Below the pieces are notes generated by a model. It ran no database searches. It saw only the letters and a program-made list of their open reading frames with translations, and was not told the DNA's origin. Positions 9,383-18,706 of a stretch of 64,000 nt of DNA are shown here, one piece after another. Each line of letters opens with the position of its first letter. Position 1 is the first letter of the stretch. Location: positions 64,001 to 128,000 of the forward strand of contig CBDEFO010000006.1 in the NCBI GenBank assembly GCA_965237525.1, read 5' to 3'. Source of the DNA: Candidatus Latescibacterota bacterium. GTDB lineage: Bacteria; Latescibacterota; CBDEFO01. The position numbers and the translations under genes are program-made.

Positions 9383-9808
9383 ATGCAGGTAAAAAAGATA
9401 TACTACTCCATAAGCGAAGTATCAGAGCTTGCCGTTGTTGAACAACACACTCTGAGGCATTGGGAGAGCAACTTCTCCATCCTCAAACCCAGAAGGACCA
9501 GGGGAGGCAAACGCTCCTACAAAGAGCGCGATATTAAGATAGTACTTCTGCTGCACAGACTCCTTAATGAGGAAGGACATACCACGGAGCACACGAAGCA
9601 GAGGCTGAAAGACGATAAGGAGTTTGTAAGACAGTTTATGGATATCCCTCTTGAACAGGCGCTGTCGCAGCCCACGCTCGATCTAAAGCAAAAAAAGGAG
9701 CCCATTGAAACCGAGGAACATGCCGAAGAGGTAAGCGCCTCCGATGAGCTTATCTCGGAAATAAGGAAAGACCTGCAAGAGGTTCTGGCTATGGTCGAGG
9801 ATCTGTGA
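9383..9808 (+). CDS. MerR-family transcriptional regulator
   Basis: YYSISEVSE...TLRHWESNF..LKP.R..GGKRSY MerR HTH. Confidence 0.88.
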   Translation: MQVKKIYYSISEVSELAVVEQHTLRHWESNFSILKPRRTRGGKRSYKERDIKIVLLLHRLLNEEGHTTEHTKQRLKDDKEFVRQFMDIPLEQALSQPTLDLKQKKEPIETEEHAEEVSASDELISEIRKDLQEVLAMVEDL

Positions 9809-9832
9809 CAATTTTCCCCGACAAATCTTAAT

Positions 9833-9877
9833 GTAGGGGCGGTGGCCCCCCTTGGGGCGAGCAGACCTCGCCCCTAC
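9833..9877. repeat. GTAG-type REP hairpin
   Basis: GTAGGGGCG...CGCCCCTAC inverted repeat. Confidence 0.7.
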
Positions 9878-9918
9878 GGAAACGAACATTACAGGTTCTG
9901 TAAAGGATAAGTTGTATT

Positions 9919-11622
9919 ATGAGACTCTCCAAGGCGTTTATACCTACTTTGAAGGAGATTCCCCAGGATGTGGTGGCTAAAAGCCATCAGCTTATGCTCA
10001 AGGCGGGGATGATACGCCTCCATACAACCGGCGTCTATTCGTATCTGCCCTTTGGCTGGAGGGTCCTCCAGAATATCAGACGAATCATAAAAGAGGAGAT
10101 GGACAGGATAGGAGGGCAGGAGTTTTTGCTGCCGTCGCTGAGCAGGATGGAAATCTGGAAGGCTACGGGGAGAGAAGATGAGATAGGCGACGACATGTTC
10201 AAACTCAAGGACCGAAAGGGATCTGAGCTCTGCCTGGCTCCTACGCACGAGGAGATATTTACAGAGATAGCCCAAAAGGAGATCAGATCGTATCGGGAAC
10301 TCCCTCAGATATGGTATCAGATACAGACCAAGTTCCGCGATGAACCGAGACCTCGCTCAGGAGTGCTGAGAGGCAGGCAGTTCCTGATGAAAGACGCCTA
10401 CAGCTTCGACGTTGACGAGGAGGGGCTGGAGGTAAGCTACAGGCTCCAGAAGGAGGCATATCTTCGAATTTACAGGCGCTGTGGTCTGGATGTCCTTACC
10501 GTCTCCGCCTCAAGCGGAATTATGGGCGGGAGCGAATCTGAGGAGTTTATGGTCCTGTCAGACTCAGGCGAGGACGAAATCGCCCTCTGCGAAAGCTGCA
10601 GCTACGCATCCAATATGGAAGTAGGCCGCTCCGTCGCCAGGGTCTTTGACTTTGAAAGCCGCCCTGCAGAAAAAGTCCACACGCCCGGCACAAAGACAAT
10701 AGCCCAGGTCTGTCAATTCCTGAAAGTTGAGCCCCATCAGCTTATGAAGTCTCTCCTCTTTATGGCTGATGACCGCCCTGTAATGGCTCTTGTTAGGGGC
10801 GACCATAACCTGAGCGAGGCCAAGCTAGCAGAGATCCTGGACGCAGAAGTCCATCCCTCCACAGAGGAGGAAATCCTTGAGATAACAGGAGCGCCCGCAG
10901 GGTTCATCGGTCCTGTCGGTCTTAAGGGCGTGGAGACGATAGCTGACCCCACGCTTAAGGATCAAAAGGCGATAATCACAGGAGCAAACCAAGAGGACTA
11001 TCACTTCAGGGGACTTGAGGCCGGAAGGGACTTCAGGGCCAACAGATACGAGGACATAAGATATATCAAGACAGGTGAAGGCTGTCCAGAGTGCAAAGAA
11101 CCCATAAAGGTAACGCCCACTACAGAGGTCGGTCACATATTCAAACTGGGCGTCAAATACTCGAAGGCTTTAGGGGCCACTTTCCTCGACTCAAAGGGGC
11201 GGGCCAAACCCATAGTTATGGGCAGCTACGGAATAGGCCTCGAGAGGGTAATGGCGACTGTCATAGACCAGGACGCAGATGAAGACGGAATCGTATGGCC
11301 TATCTCAATCGCGCCTTATCAGGTTCACATCCTTCCTGTAAATGTCTCACACCCGGAGACTGTAGATATTTCCGAAAGGCTCTACTTGGATCTCCGGTCA
11401 AAGGGGCTCGAAGTTCTGATGGACGACAGAGACGAAAGACCCGGGGCAAAGTTCAAGGACGCTGACCTTTTAGGCATCCCCATAAGGCTTACAGTCGGAG
11501 AGCGCGGTCTTGCGGAAGATATCGCAGAGATCAGGTATAGATCGACCAAAGAGGTGGAGAAAGTCAAGACAGAGAGTATCCAAAAGAGGGTCATAGAGAT
11601 CATCAGGGAGCTGAATTTGTAG
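9919..11622 (+). CDS. proS: Proline--tRNA ligase (bacterial type, with INS editing domain)
   Basis: LAPTHEE, KFRDEPRPRSG, FLMKDAYSF, GHIFKLG, MGSYGIG. Confidence 0.97.
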   Translation: MRLSKAFIPTLKEIPQDVVAKSHQLMLKAGMIRLHTTGVYSYLPFGWRVLQNIRRIIKEEMDRIGGQEFLLPSLSRMEIWKATGREDEIGDDMFKLKDRKGSELCLAPTHEEIFTEIAQKEIRSYRELPQIWYQIQTKFRDEPRPRSGVLRGRQFLMKDAYSFDVDEEGLEVSYRLQKEAYLRIYRRCGLDVLTVSASSGIMGGSESEEFMVLSDSGEDEIALCESCSYASNMEVGRSVARVFDFESRPAEKVHTPGTKTIAQVCQFLKVEPHQLMKSLLFMADDRPVMALVRGDHNLSEAKLAEILDAEVHPSTEEEILEITGAPAGFIGPVGLKGVETIADPTLKDQKAIITGANQEDYHFRGLEAGRDFRANRYEDIRYIKTGEGCPECKEPIKVTPTTEVGHIFKLGVKYSKALGATFLDSKGRAKPIVMGSYGIGLERVMATVIDQDADEDGIVWPISIAPYQVHILPVNVSHPETVDISERLYLDLRSKGLEVLMDDRDERPGAKFKDADLLGIPIRLTVGERGLAEDIAEIRYRSTKEVEKVKTESIQKRVIEIIRELNL

Positions 11623-11826
11623 GAAATGATGTTGAATTGGGGTTTTATACAGGCTGTATATAATTCCTACAAAACTTATGATAATTATGACTTAACAGAA
11701 TGATAGTTCTAATATTACAGGTTTTTTCTTAACATTTCAGTGGGGTCTTATATAGCTCAAATAGCTGTATATAGGTTCTTAGCTTAGAAAACAGTATAAG
11801 CCCTAGTTGGAAGCAAAGGAGGAATC

Positions 11827-12642
11827 ATGAGAACGGTAATCTTCCCATTCTACAGGATCAGGCAATACGAGCTTGGCATTTTAGAGTTCCTCGGCAAATA
11901 CAGGAAGTTTGTTGAGCCCGGATTCCATACACAGTGTCCGCTGCTAAGCATCACTCGCGTGCGTGATGTTCGAGAACACACAATGGATATCCAACCACAG
12001 CATGTAATTACAAAGGACAACGTCGAGATCAACGTGGATGGCCTCATCTGGGTTAGGCCGGGATTCACAGCCGAGGAGATCATGAAGACGTTCTACAACA
12101 TTGATAATTGGAAGGACGCGGTTCTCCTATTGGCAAAAACGAACCTGAGGCAGGAGTTCGGCGAACTGACCCTCGACGAGAGCTTAACAGCCCGTGAACG
12201 CATTTCTTCAAACCTCCAGAGCACCCTCGACACTATGACGGATGATTGGGGGTTGAAGGTCACCAAGGTTGAAATACGGCTCATCGACCCACCTAATGAC
12301 ATCAAGATCGCCATGCACAAGCAGAAGACCGCAGAACAGGAACGCCGGGCGATGAAACTGCTTGCCACGGGCAAGTTCGAGGCCGCCGAACAGGAGAAAC
12401 TCGCGGTAATTCAGGCCGCAGAGGGACAAAAGGAAGCCGAAATCCTAGTGGCAGAGGGCAAAGCAAAGGTGATACAACTGGTCAATGAAACAGCCGACAA
12501 GTACTTTGTCGGAAATGCCAAAGATCTGAAGACACTGGAAGTGACTGAGGCTTCTTTGCGCAACAACGCCAAGGTCATTCTTACTGAGAAGGGCATTTCT
12601 CCGCAGATCATCGTGGGGGAAATCCCCGCGGCTCTAAAGTGA
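11827..12642 (+). CDS. SPFH/Band 7 (paraslipin-like) protein
   Basis: VITKDNV, GELTLDESLTARERIS, WGLKVTKVEI..IDPP..I..AM.KQ..AEQERRA. Confidence 0.9.
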   Translation: MRTVIFPFYRIRQYELGILEFLGKYRKFVEPGFHTQCPLLSITRVRDVREHTMDIQPQHVITKDNVEINVDGLIWVRPGFTAEEIMKTFYNIDNWKDAVLLLAKTNLRQEFGELTLDESLTARERISSNLQSTLDTMTDDWGLKVTKVEIRLIDPPNDIKIAMHKQKTAEQERRAMKLLATGKFEAAEQEKLAVIQAAEGQKEAEILVAEGKAKVIQLVNETADKYFVGNAKDLKTLEVTEASLRNNAKVILTEKGISPQIIVGEIPAALK

Positions 12643-12801
12643 TCGCTTCGAACAAGCGAATCCACCAGACATGAAATAGCCGCGCCCGGTGCGTCCACCT
12701 CAGAAGTTACCAGATTGACTCAAGTAAACGGTAATGAGTTTATTCTACTGTCTAACGGATATGGCCGTTGTGTGGCAAATCGAGAAACTGGAGAGAGCCA
12801 G

Positions 12802-12999
12802 ATGAAATACAAGATTGCAATTCAGGAAACAGAAGAAGGTTTCAGCGTCTCCGTACCGGGGCTTCCAGGTTGTTGGTCTCAAGGGGTAACAGAAGAAGAG
12901 GCTTTGGAGAATATCCAGGATGCGATCCGTGAGTACCTCGCTGCTCGTGATGAACTGCTCGAGGATGCAGTAATACGTGAAATCGAAGTTGTAGACTGA
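12802..12999 (+). CDS. hicB: HicB-family antitoxin (short form, no DNA-binding domain)
   Basis: ATG at 12802 after GGAGAG; FSVSVPGLPGCWSQGVTEEEALENIQDAI. Confidence 0.88.
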   Translation: MKYKIAIQETEEGFSVSVPGLPGCWSQGVTEEEALENIQDAIREYLAARDELLEDAVIREIEVVD

Positions 13000-13001
13000 G
13001 C

Positions 13002-13214
13002 GTGCCAAAGGTACCAGGTATCAATCATCAAAATGCCGTTCGGGCATTGGAAAAGGCCGGTTTTCGTGTCGTTCGACAGGGTAAGCACATCGTGATGAGT
13101 GATGGTGTGCGTATTCTCACTATTCCGCGGCACAATCCGGTGAATGCCTATACTATGGGAGGTATTGTGCGTGATGCAGGTTTGTCAGAAGAAGAATTTC
13201 GTGAATTGCTATGA
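13002..13214 (+). CDS. hicA: HicA-family mRNA interferase toxin
   Basis: RALEKAGFRVVRQGKHIVM...TIPRH; conserved His. Confidence 0.88.
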   Translation: MPKVPGINHQNAVRALEKAGFRVVRQGKHIVMSDGVRILTIPRHNPVNAYTMGGIVRDAGLSEEEFRELL

Positions 13215-13223
13215 AGCTCTATC

Positions 13224-13281
13224 GTCTAACAACGGCATGCACCTGACTCGCTGCGCTCGCAGGTGACGCTGAGCGTTCGGC
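13224..13281 (+). mobile_element. Integron attC site (59-base element)
   Basis: R'' GTCTAAC lies 9 bp after the hicA stop. L boxes GCATGCACCTG / CAGGTGACGC with one unpaired base. R' GTTCGGC. Total 58 bp. Confidence 0.75.
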
Positions 13282-13445
13282 AACATAATCGGGGGTTCAA
13301 AGTACTATTTACATAAGAAGCAAGAAAATGTCTATTTTAACTTAGTTATTGTAATTGGTGAATATATTTGGATAGTTGTGAAAAGGACAGGACAGATAAC
13401 TATTCACAAAATAGCCATCTTTCACAATTCACAAGGGAGGGCCAA

Positions 13446-13871
13446 ATGTCCAGCCGCGGGATATCAATATTGATGTTGTCTTTTCTCCTTTTCCTCGGGA
13501 TTGGATGCTCGAAAAAGGTAGACGTTTCTCAGCCTTACGCCCAGAACTCCGAGGAGGATAACCATATCACGATTGAGCTTAAAGATGGAACTGTAATAGA
13601 GGGCACAATAGGCAAGATAACCGAGAAGGTTCTCCTTATGGGCTACACCAAAATGGTGCCAGGCTCAGATCCCCCGAAGCCTGACTTCTTCAGTCTCACG
13701 ATAGAGCTTGAGAAGATCACAAAGATGCAGAAATCTGTGACCAATGTCCCTTTGACCGTAATCCTGATTGCCGTTATCGTTATAGCCATTGTAGTAGCTT
13801 TGGTAACAATTAAGAGACGCTTTGGGGCCGATGAAGCCCTGAGGCCGGCAGAGGGCAAAGATTCATCGTAA
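13446..13871 (+). CDS. Hypothetical lipoprotein with a C-terminal TM helix
   Basis: ATG at 13446 after GGGAGG; signal peptide ending LGIGC; hydrophobic stretch near the C-terminus. Confidence 0.6.
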   Translation: MSSRGISILMLSFLLFLGIGCSKKVDVSQPYAQNSEEDNHITIELKDGTVIEGTIGKITEKVLLMGYTKMVPGSDPPKPDFFSLTIELEKITKMQKSVTNVPLTVILIAVIVIAIVVALVTIKRRFGADEALRPAEGKDSS

Positions 13872-13883
13872 AGGAATAAGATC

Positions 13884-14822
13884 ATGAAATATAGGGTACT
13901 CGGAAGGACCGGGCTGGAAGTCTCCGAGATAGGCTTCGGGGGGTGGGCGATAGGAGGCAACGAGTTCGGCAACAGTTACGGCTCTACTGACGACCAGGAA
14001 TCCATAAGAGCTATACGGAAGGCCCTCGACTCAGGCTGTAACTTCTTCGACACCGCAGATGTCTACGGACACGGCAGGAGTGAAATCATCTTGGGACAGA
14101 CTCTCAAGAGTAATAGGAAGGATCTTTACATCGCCACAAAGGTCGGGGGGGATTTCTACGCTCCCACGCCGGGGATCAACTTCTCCCCGGAGTACATAGC
14201 CTTTGCCGTAGATCAGAGTCTCGGTAGGCTTGAGACCGACTACATAGACCTCTACCAGCTCCATAATCCGACGCTGGATATGATCAAAGATGGCTCCGTC
14301 TTCGACACTATGGAAAAGCTCAAGGACGACGGCAAGATCAGATTCATAGGCGTCTCAATCTTTGAACCGGTCGAGGGAATAGAAGCTATCAAGATCGGGA
14401 AAGCTGACGCAGTTCAGGTTGTCTATAACATATTCTCCCAGGGAGCCGCAGAGGAACTCTTCCCCCTTGCCCTTCAGGATAATGTCGGCATAGTCGCCAG
14501 AGAGCCGCTTGCCAACGGGTTCTTGACTGGCAAGTACACAGCCCGTTCCAGGTTCGAAGAGGGCGACATCAGGTGCAATTGGCCTTCCCAAATGATCGGT
14601 AGCAGAGTCCAGGTAGCCGATTCTCTGAAGGAATACCTGTCGCCGAGTAAAAGGAGCCTTACACAGTGGATTTTGAACTTCGTCTTAGCGCGAAAGGCTG
14701 TATCTGTGGTAATCCCCGGCAGCAAGACCGAGGAGCAGGTAGAGGAGAACCTCGGTGCCTCTGACGTCGAACTTCCTACAGATGCTGAGCTTGAGCAGCT
14801 TCGCAACCTGTTCAGACGATAG
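13884..14822 (+). CDS. Aldo/keto reductase
   Basis: GLEVSEIGFG, FFDTADVYG, SLGRLETDYIDLYQLH, EPLANGFLTGK. Confidence 0.94.
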   Translation: MKYRVLGRTGLEVSEIGFGGWAIGGNEFGNSYGSTDDQESIRAIRKALDSGCNFFDTADVYGHGRSEIILGQTLKSNRKDLYIATKVGGDFYAPTPGINFSPEYIAFAVDQSLGRLETDYIDLYQLHNPTLDMIKDGSVFDTMEKLKDDGKIRFIGVSIFEPVEGIEAIKIGKADAVQVVYNIFSQGAAEELFPLALQDNVGIVAREPLANGFLTGKYTARSRFEEGDIRCNWPSQMIGSRVQVADSLKEYLSPSKRSLTQWILNFVLARKAVSVVIPGSKTEEQVEENLGASDVELPTDAELEQLRNLFRR

Positions 14823-14849
14823 CCGTAGTACAAGTAGGCAGTACTCAGG

Positions 14850-14956
14850 TGAGATTGCCTTTGTCATACAGGGCAGCACTGCCGCTTTTCTGGGGAGAAA
14901 GCAAGCCCCCGATAGATTCAATCGGGGGCAAGGCACAAAGTGGGCAAAGCAATCTC
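14850..14956. repeat. GAGATTGC...GCAATCTC repeat containing a reversed 21-bp palindrome
   Basis: CCCCGATAGATTCAATCGGGG at 14907-14927, inside inverted GAGATTGC/GCAATCTC arms. Confidence 0.7.
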
Positions 14957-15018
14957 ATTGAGCTGGCCATCAAAGGGGTATCGAAGAACTCTTTGGGTAA
15001 AGAGCAAAGGGGAACTCT

Positions 15019-15771
15019 GTGAAAGCCTTCATCGGAGACAAAGCTCAAGTCGGAGAGGATACACAAGCTGGACACTACGCGGTAATCTGTGACGGCGCTG
15101 TGGTGGGCAAGGACTGCAGGATCGGACACCATGTCGTCATACATCCCGATGCGATCATAGGGGACGGCGTCAGAATAGACGATCACGCAGTCATAGGAAA
15201 GCGCCCTTTCAGGGCCGCGCGGAGCATACTTAAGCAGGAGAAGCACCTTGCGCCCGCAAAGATCGGAAACGGCTCTATAATAGGCACTTTCGCCTGCGTC
15301 TATATGGGGACCACAGTCGGGGAGAAGGTGCTCGTGGCAGATCTGGCCACGGTCAGAGAAAATACCCAGATAGGTGATCTGACCATCATCGGCAGAGGTG
15401 TGACTGTCGAGAACTATTGTAGTGTCGGAGTAAAGTGCAAATTGGAGACCGAATGTTATATCACGGCCTACTCCACGCTTGAGGACTTCGTATTTGTGTC
15501 GCCGCAGGTTACGACCACCAACGACAACTTTGTGGGAAGGACCCAGGAGAGACTAAGACACATCAAGGGTGTAACAGTGAAAAGGGGGGGGAGAATAGGG
15601 GCAGGGGCGGTCATACTCCCCGGCAAGGTGATAGGGGAAGACGCCCTTGTTGCGGCAGGATCGGTAGTCACAAAGGACGTGCCTCCCCGCAAGGTAGCTA
15701 TGGGTTGTCCCGCCTATGTGTGTGGGGACGTGCCAGAGGAACAGCTACTTGAAAATCAAGGCTGGGAATAG
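15019..15771 (+). CDS. Hexapeptide-repeat (left-handed beta-helix) N-acetyltransferase
   Basis: Repeated IG/VG hexapeptides; TNDN; GRIGAGAVILPG; GSVVTKDVP. Confidence 0.88.
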   Translation: MKAFIGDKAQVGEDTQAGHYAVICDGAVVGKDCRIGHHVVIHPDAIIGDGVRIDDHAVIGKRPFRAARSILKQEKHLAPAKIGNGSIIGTFACVYMGTTVGEKVLVADLATVRENTQIGDLTIIGRGVTVENYCSVGVKCKLETECYITAYSTLEDFVFVSPQVTTTNDNFVGRTQERLRHIKGVTVKRGGRIGAGAVILPGKVIGEDALVAAGSVVTKDVPPRKVAMGCPAYVCGDVPEEQLLENQGWE

Positions 15772-15786
15772 CAGGTGCACAATCCG

Positions 15787-17424
15787 CTACGGTCCTATCT
15801 GGCTCTCATCGAAGCTCTCTGAAGATTCAACCTCAGCGCTGACGGAGTCACTCCTTGCCCTGGATGTCCCACTCACAGCAGTCGGAGCATTCAGAGTAGG
15901 CACCCCACCTGTGTCGATTCTGAGCAGAAGGCCCTCTTCTATTGGATAGTAATCATCTGCCGCTTGAATCAGGTCCCTAGCAGTATTGTGCTGGAAGGAG
16001 AAGATCTCCACCTTGGGTCCTATTGTCTTGACCAGGTTGACCAAAGACACAAAGTCGCCGTCGCCGCTGACTAGAACTACCACATCCAGCTTGTCCACAA
16101 GGCTTATAACATCTATGGCCATACCCATATCCCAGTCCCCTTTGGCCGAGCCATCGCTTCTGAGCCTCAGGTCTTTGCGCTTGACCTGGTAGTTTTTCTG
16201 CTGGAGCATTGTGATAAAGCCGCTTTGATCTACTTCAGGGGATTGGACGACGTAGGCTATGGCCCTTATCAGCCTCCTGTTATCGCTGACTGTCGTGAGG
16301 AGCTTTTCAAAGTCGAGCCTCGAGTTGAACTGTTTTGCCGCGTAGAATATGTTCTGAACATCCACGAAGACGCCGATCCTGTCGACATCACCTTTGGGCC
16401 TTGCAGGTCCACTCACCCCTGCTCCTATCAGCTTTCTGGTTTCGGACTGGAAGACCTGAAGGTCTGATCTGATATCGTCTATGTACTTCTTTACTTCAGC
16501 CTTATAGGTTTTGCCCTGGGCGACATTTTCAGATAAGAGCTTCTTGATCTGGGATATGCTCTGTCCCACAGCCTCTACGAAGCGATTGGGGACGTCGCTC
16601 TTTACATTCTCGTTCCGATTCATTCTTTCCAAACTGTACTGAATCTTCCTGATATCTTTGGTCACCTGGTTAAGAGGCAACAAAGAGTCAGATTTCTCTT
16701 CACTAGTTACAGAATCGTCCAATTTCTTTTTGAGATTGGCGTGCTCACTTTTGAGCGCCGCTTCCCGTTTCAGGCAGGCACTAAGCTCTCTCTGTACGTC
16801 GGTTATCTTCCCTTTTAGCGCACGTCTCTCCTGTGAGAATTGGGCTGTCATTTTCTCCAAATCGGAGTTCTTTCTCCCCAGATCTCCCAACTGGGAGCGG
16901 AGCTTATCTATCTCCTTGGAGAAGTTCTTTTCCCTTTCGCGTCTGTCCAACAGGACATCCTCACCCTCAAGATCGTTATCCTCTATAGATTCGTCTATTT
17001 CCTTGAAGAGTTCATCCTTGAGCAGAGCTTCTGCAAGGTTGTCTATGAGTTCGTTCGCCTCAGGACGGTCGTCTACTGCCAGGGCGAAGAGGTCTCTTCC
17101 AATATTATGATTAGGGCTCTCCATCATACGATCTGCAAGTTTGTCAATTGGCGTTCTGTTTACCTGTCTCACTGTATTGGAGTTAGCCTTTTCCAAAACC
17201 TTTGTAATAGTCTTTGCGTTTTCTTCATCTTCGTAGAACTCATCCACAAGATCTATAATAAGATTTTCCGTAGATATAGATTGTGTGCGGGTCCCATCGT
17301 AGGAAAGAGAACACAGATTACACAGTTTTACAATAGCTTTATGGCTTAAAGAATCCTGCATAATTAGCATCATCAGCGGAGGTTTTATAAATTCGGCTAT
17401 CTTTTTGTGATTGGCTCTAGTCAT
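15787..17424 (-). CDS. NYN (LabA/DUF88) domain protein with long N-terminal helical/coiled-coil region
   Basis: VFVDVQNIFY, KGDWDMGMAID, LVSGDGDF in the C-terminal third; heptad-rich middle. Confidence 0.85.
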   Translation of the reverse strand: MTRANHKKIAEFIKPPLMMLIMQDSLSHKAIVKLCNLCSLSYDGTRTQSISTENLIIDLVDEFYEDEENAKTITKVLEKANSNTVRQVNRTPIDKLADRMMESPNHNIGRDLFALAVDDRPEANELIDNLAEALLKDELFKEIDESIEDNDLEGEDVLLDRREREKNFSKEIDKLRSQLGDLGRKNSDLEKMTAQFSQERRALKGKITDVQRELSACLKREAALKSEHANLKKKLDDSVTSEEKSDSLLPLNQVTKDIRKIQYSLERMNRNENVKSDVPNRFVEAVGQSISQIKKLLSENVAQGKTYKAEVKKYIDDIRSDLQVFQSETRKLIGAGVSGPARPKGDVDRIGVFVDVQNIFYAAKQFNSRLDFEKLLTTVSDNRRLIRAIAYVVQSPEVDQSGFITMLQQKNYQVKRKDLRLRSDGSAKGDWDMGMAIDVISLVDKLDVVVLVSGDGDFVSLVNLVKTIGPKVEIFSFQHNTARDLIQAADDYYPIEEGLLLRIDTGGVPTLNAPTAVSGTSRARSDSVSAEVESSESFDESQIGP

Positions 17425-17451
17425 CTTATTTCTCCTGGTTCTGTCCCCCCA

Positions 17452-17970
17452 TCAAGTGGGGTCCGACATCGCCGACATCGCCGACATCGGATCTGTGCCG
17501 AACTTCTCTTTTAGCTTGCTTTCGATGTAGAGCGGCACGAAATTGCTCACGTCTCCGCCGAATTCTGCCACCTCGCGCACCACCATGGAACTCAAATAGG
17601 TGTACTCCGCACTCGGCATCAGAAAGATGCTCTCAAATTGTGGGTAGAGATTCCTGTTAATCAGAGCCATTTGAAACTCGTACTCAAATTCCGTGACGAC
17701 TCTTAACCCCCGTATTATTATATCGACCCCCCTTTCCTTTGCGTAATCCACAAGGAGGGTGTCGAAACTGTCAACCGAAACCTGATCCCACTTTTTGGTC
17801 GTCTGTTCTATCATGTCCACTCTTTCGTTCACACTGAAGAGCGGCCTTTTGCGAGCGCTTAAAGCTACGCTCACGATAACCTGATCGAAGATCCCTATTG
17901 CGCGCTTGATTACGTCTAAATGTCCGTATGTTATAGGATCGAATGTCCCCGGATAGAGAGCTTTTGCCAA
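17452..17970 (-). CDS. coaD: Phosphopantetheine adenylyltransferase
   Basis: YPGTFDPITYGHLD, IIRGLR..EFEYE, LSS..VRE. Confidence 0.96.
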   Translation of the reverse strand: MAKALYPGTFDPITYGHLDVIKRAIGIFDQVIVSVALSARKRPLFSVNERVDMIEQTTKKWDQVSVDSFDTLLVDYAKERGVDIIIRGLRVVTEFEYEFQMALINRNLYPQFESIFLMPSAEYTYLSSMVVREVAEFGGDVSNFVPLYIESKLKEKFGTDPMSAMSAMSDPT

Positions 17971-17985
17971 ATTCCCTCCTTATTT

Positions 17986-18549
17986 TTAAGTAAATGATAA
18001 TAGTTTTTCCCAAAATACCACTTTTGTATCCCCGTAGACCCTCTCCGAACAGGCTGTGAAGTTGTACGCCTTCTCTGGGAGTTCCTCCCCTTTGGAAGTT
18101 TCGGTCACAATTAGCCCGCCATCTGATAGAAGGTTCCACCTGTCTAACGCTCTTAACACCACCTCAGTCAGAGCCTTTCTGTAGGGCGGATCAGAGAATA
18201 TCAGATCGAACCTGCTACCCGATTGGGAGATCTTTTCCATCGCCCCGAAGCAGCTTGCTCTCCAGACCTGGCAGCTTTCCTCAAAGCCGAGTTTCCCAAG
18301 GTTTTCTTTTATGACTTTGACTAAACTTTCGTTTGAATCTATAAAGAGGGCGCTGTGGGCTCCTCTGGAAAGGGCCTCCATTCCTAAGCTACCCGTCCCG
18401 GCAAAGAGATCCAGCACCTGTGCGTCCTGGACTCTGCTTGCCAGGATGTTGAAGATGGATTCCCTGACCCTGTCGCTCGTCGGACGGACAGAGTTCCGTC
18501 TAATCACCTTCAGCCTGTGTCCTTTGGCTTTTCCGGAGATTATTCGCAT
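17986..18549 (-). CDS. rsmD: 16S rRNA m2G966 methyltransferase
   Basis: MRIISG, RPTSDRVRESIFN, LDLFAGTG, DPPY. Confidence 0.95.
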   Translation of the reverse strand: MRIISGKAKGHRLKVIRRNSVRPTSDRVRESIFNILASRVQDAQVLDLFAGTGSLGMEALSRGAHSALFIDSNESLVKVIKENLGKLGFEESCQVWRASCFGAMEKISQSGSRFDLIFSDPPYRKALTEVVLRALDRWNLLSDGGLIVTETSKGEELPEKAYNFTACSERVYGDTKVVFWEKLLSFT

Positions 18550-18706
18550 GAGCGTATTCTGTGTCTAAAGAGAAAATAGACGCCACAGCTCCAATATAAA
18601 AGAATTAGATACCCGAAGTCAATAATTTTAATTCTATAAAGCCCTATTCGGAAACGTAAGGTCCAAGTTTTGCCTGGAGGTAAGAACTTGTCTCAACGTA
18701 GTATCT

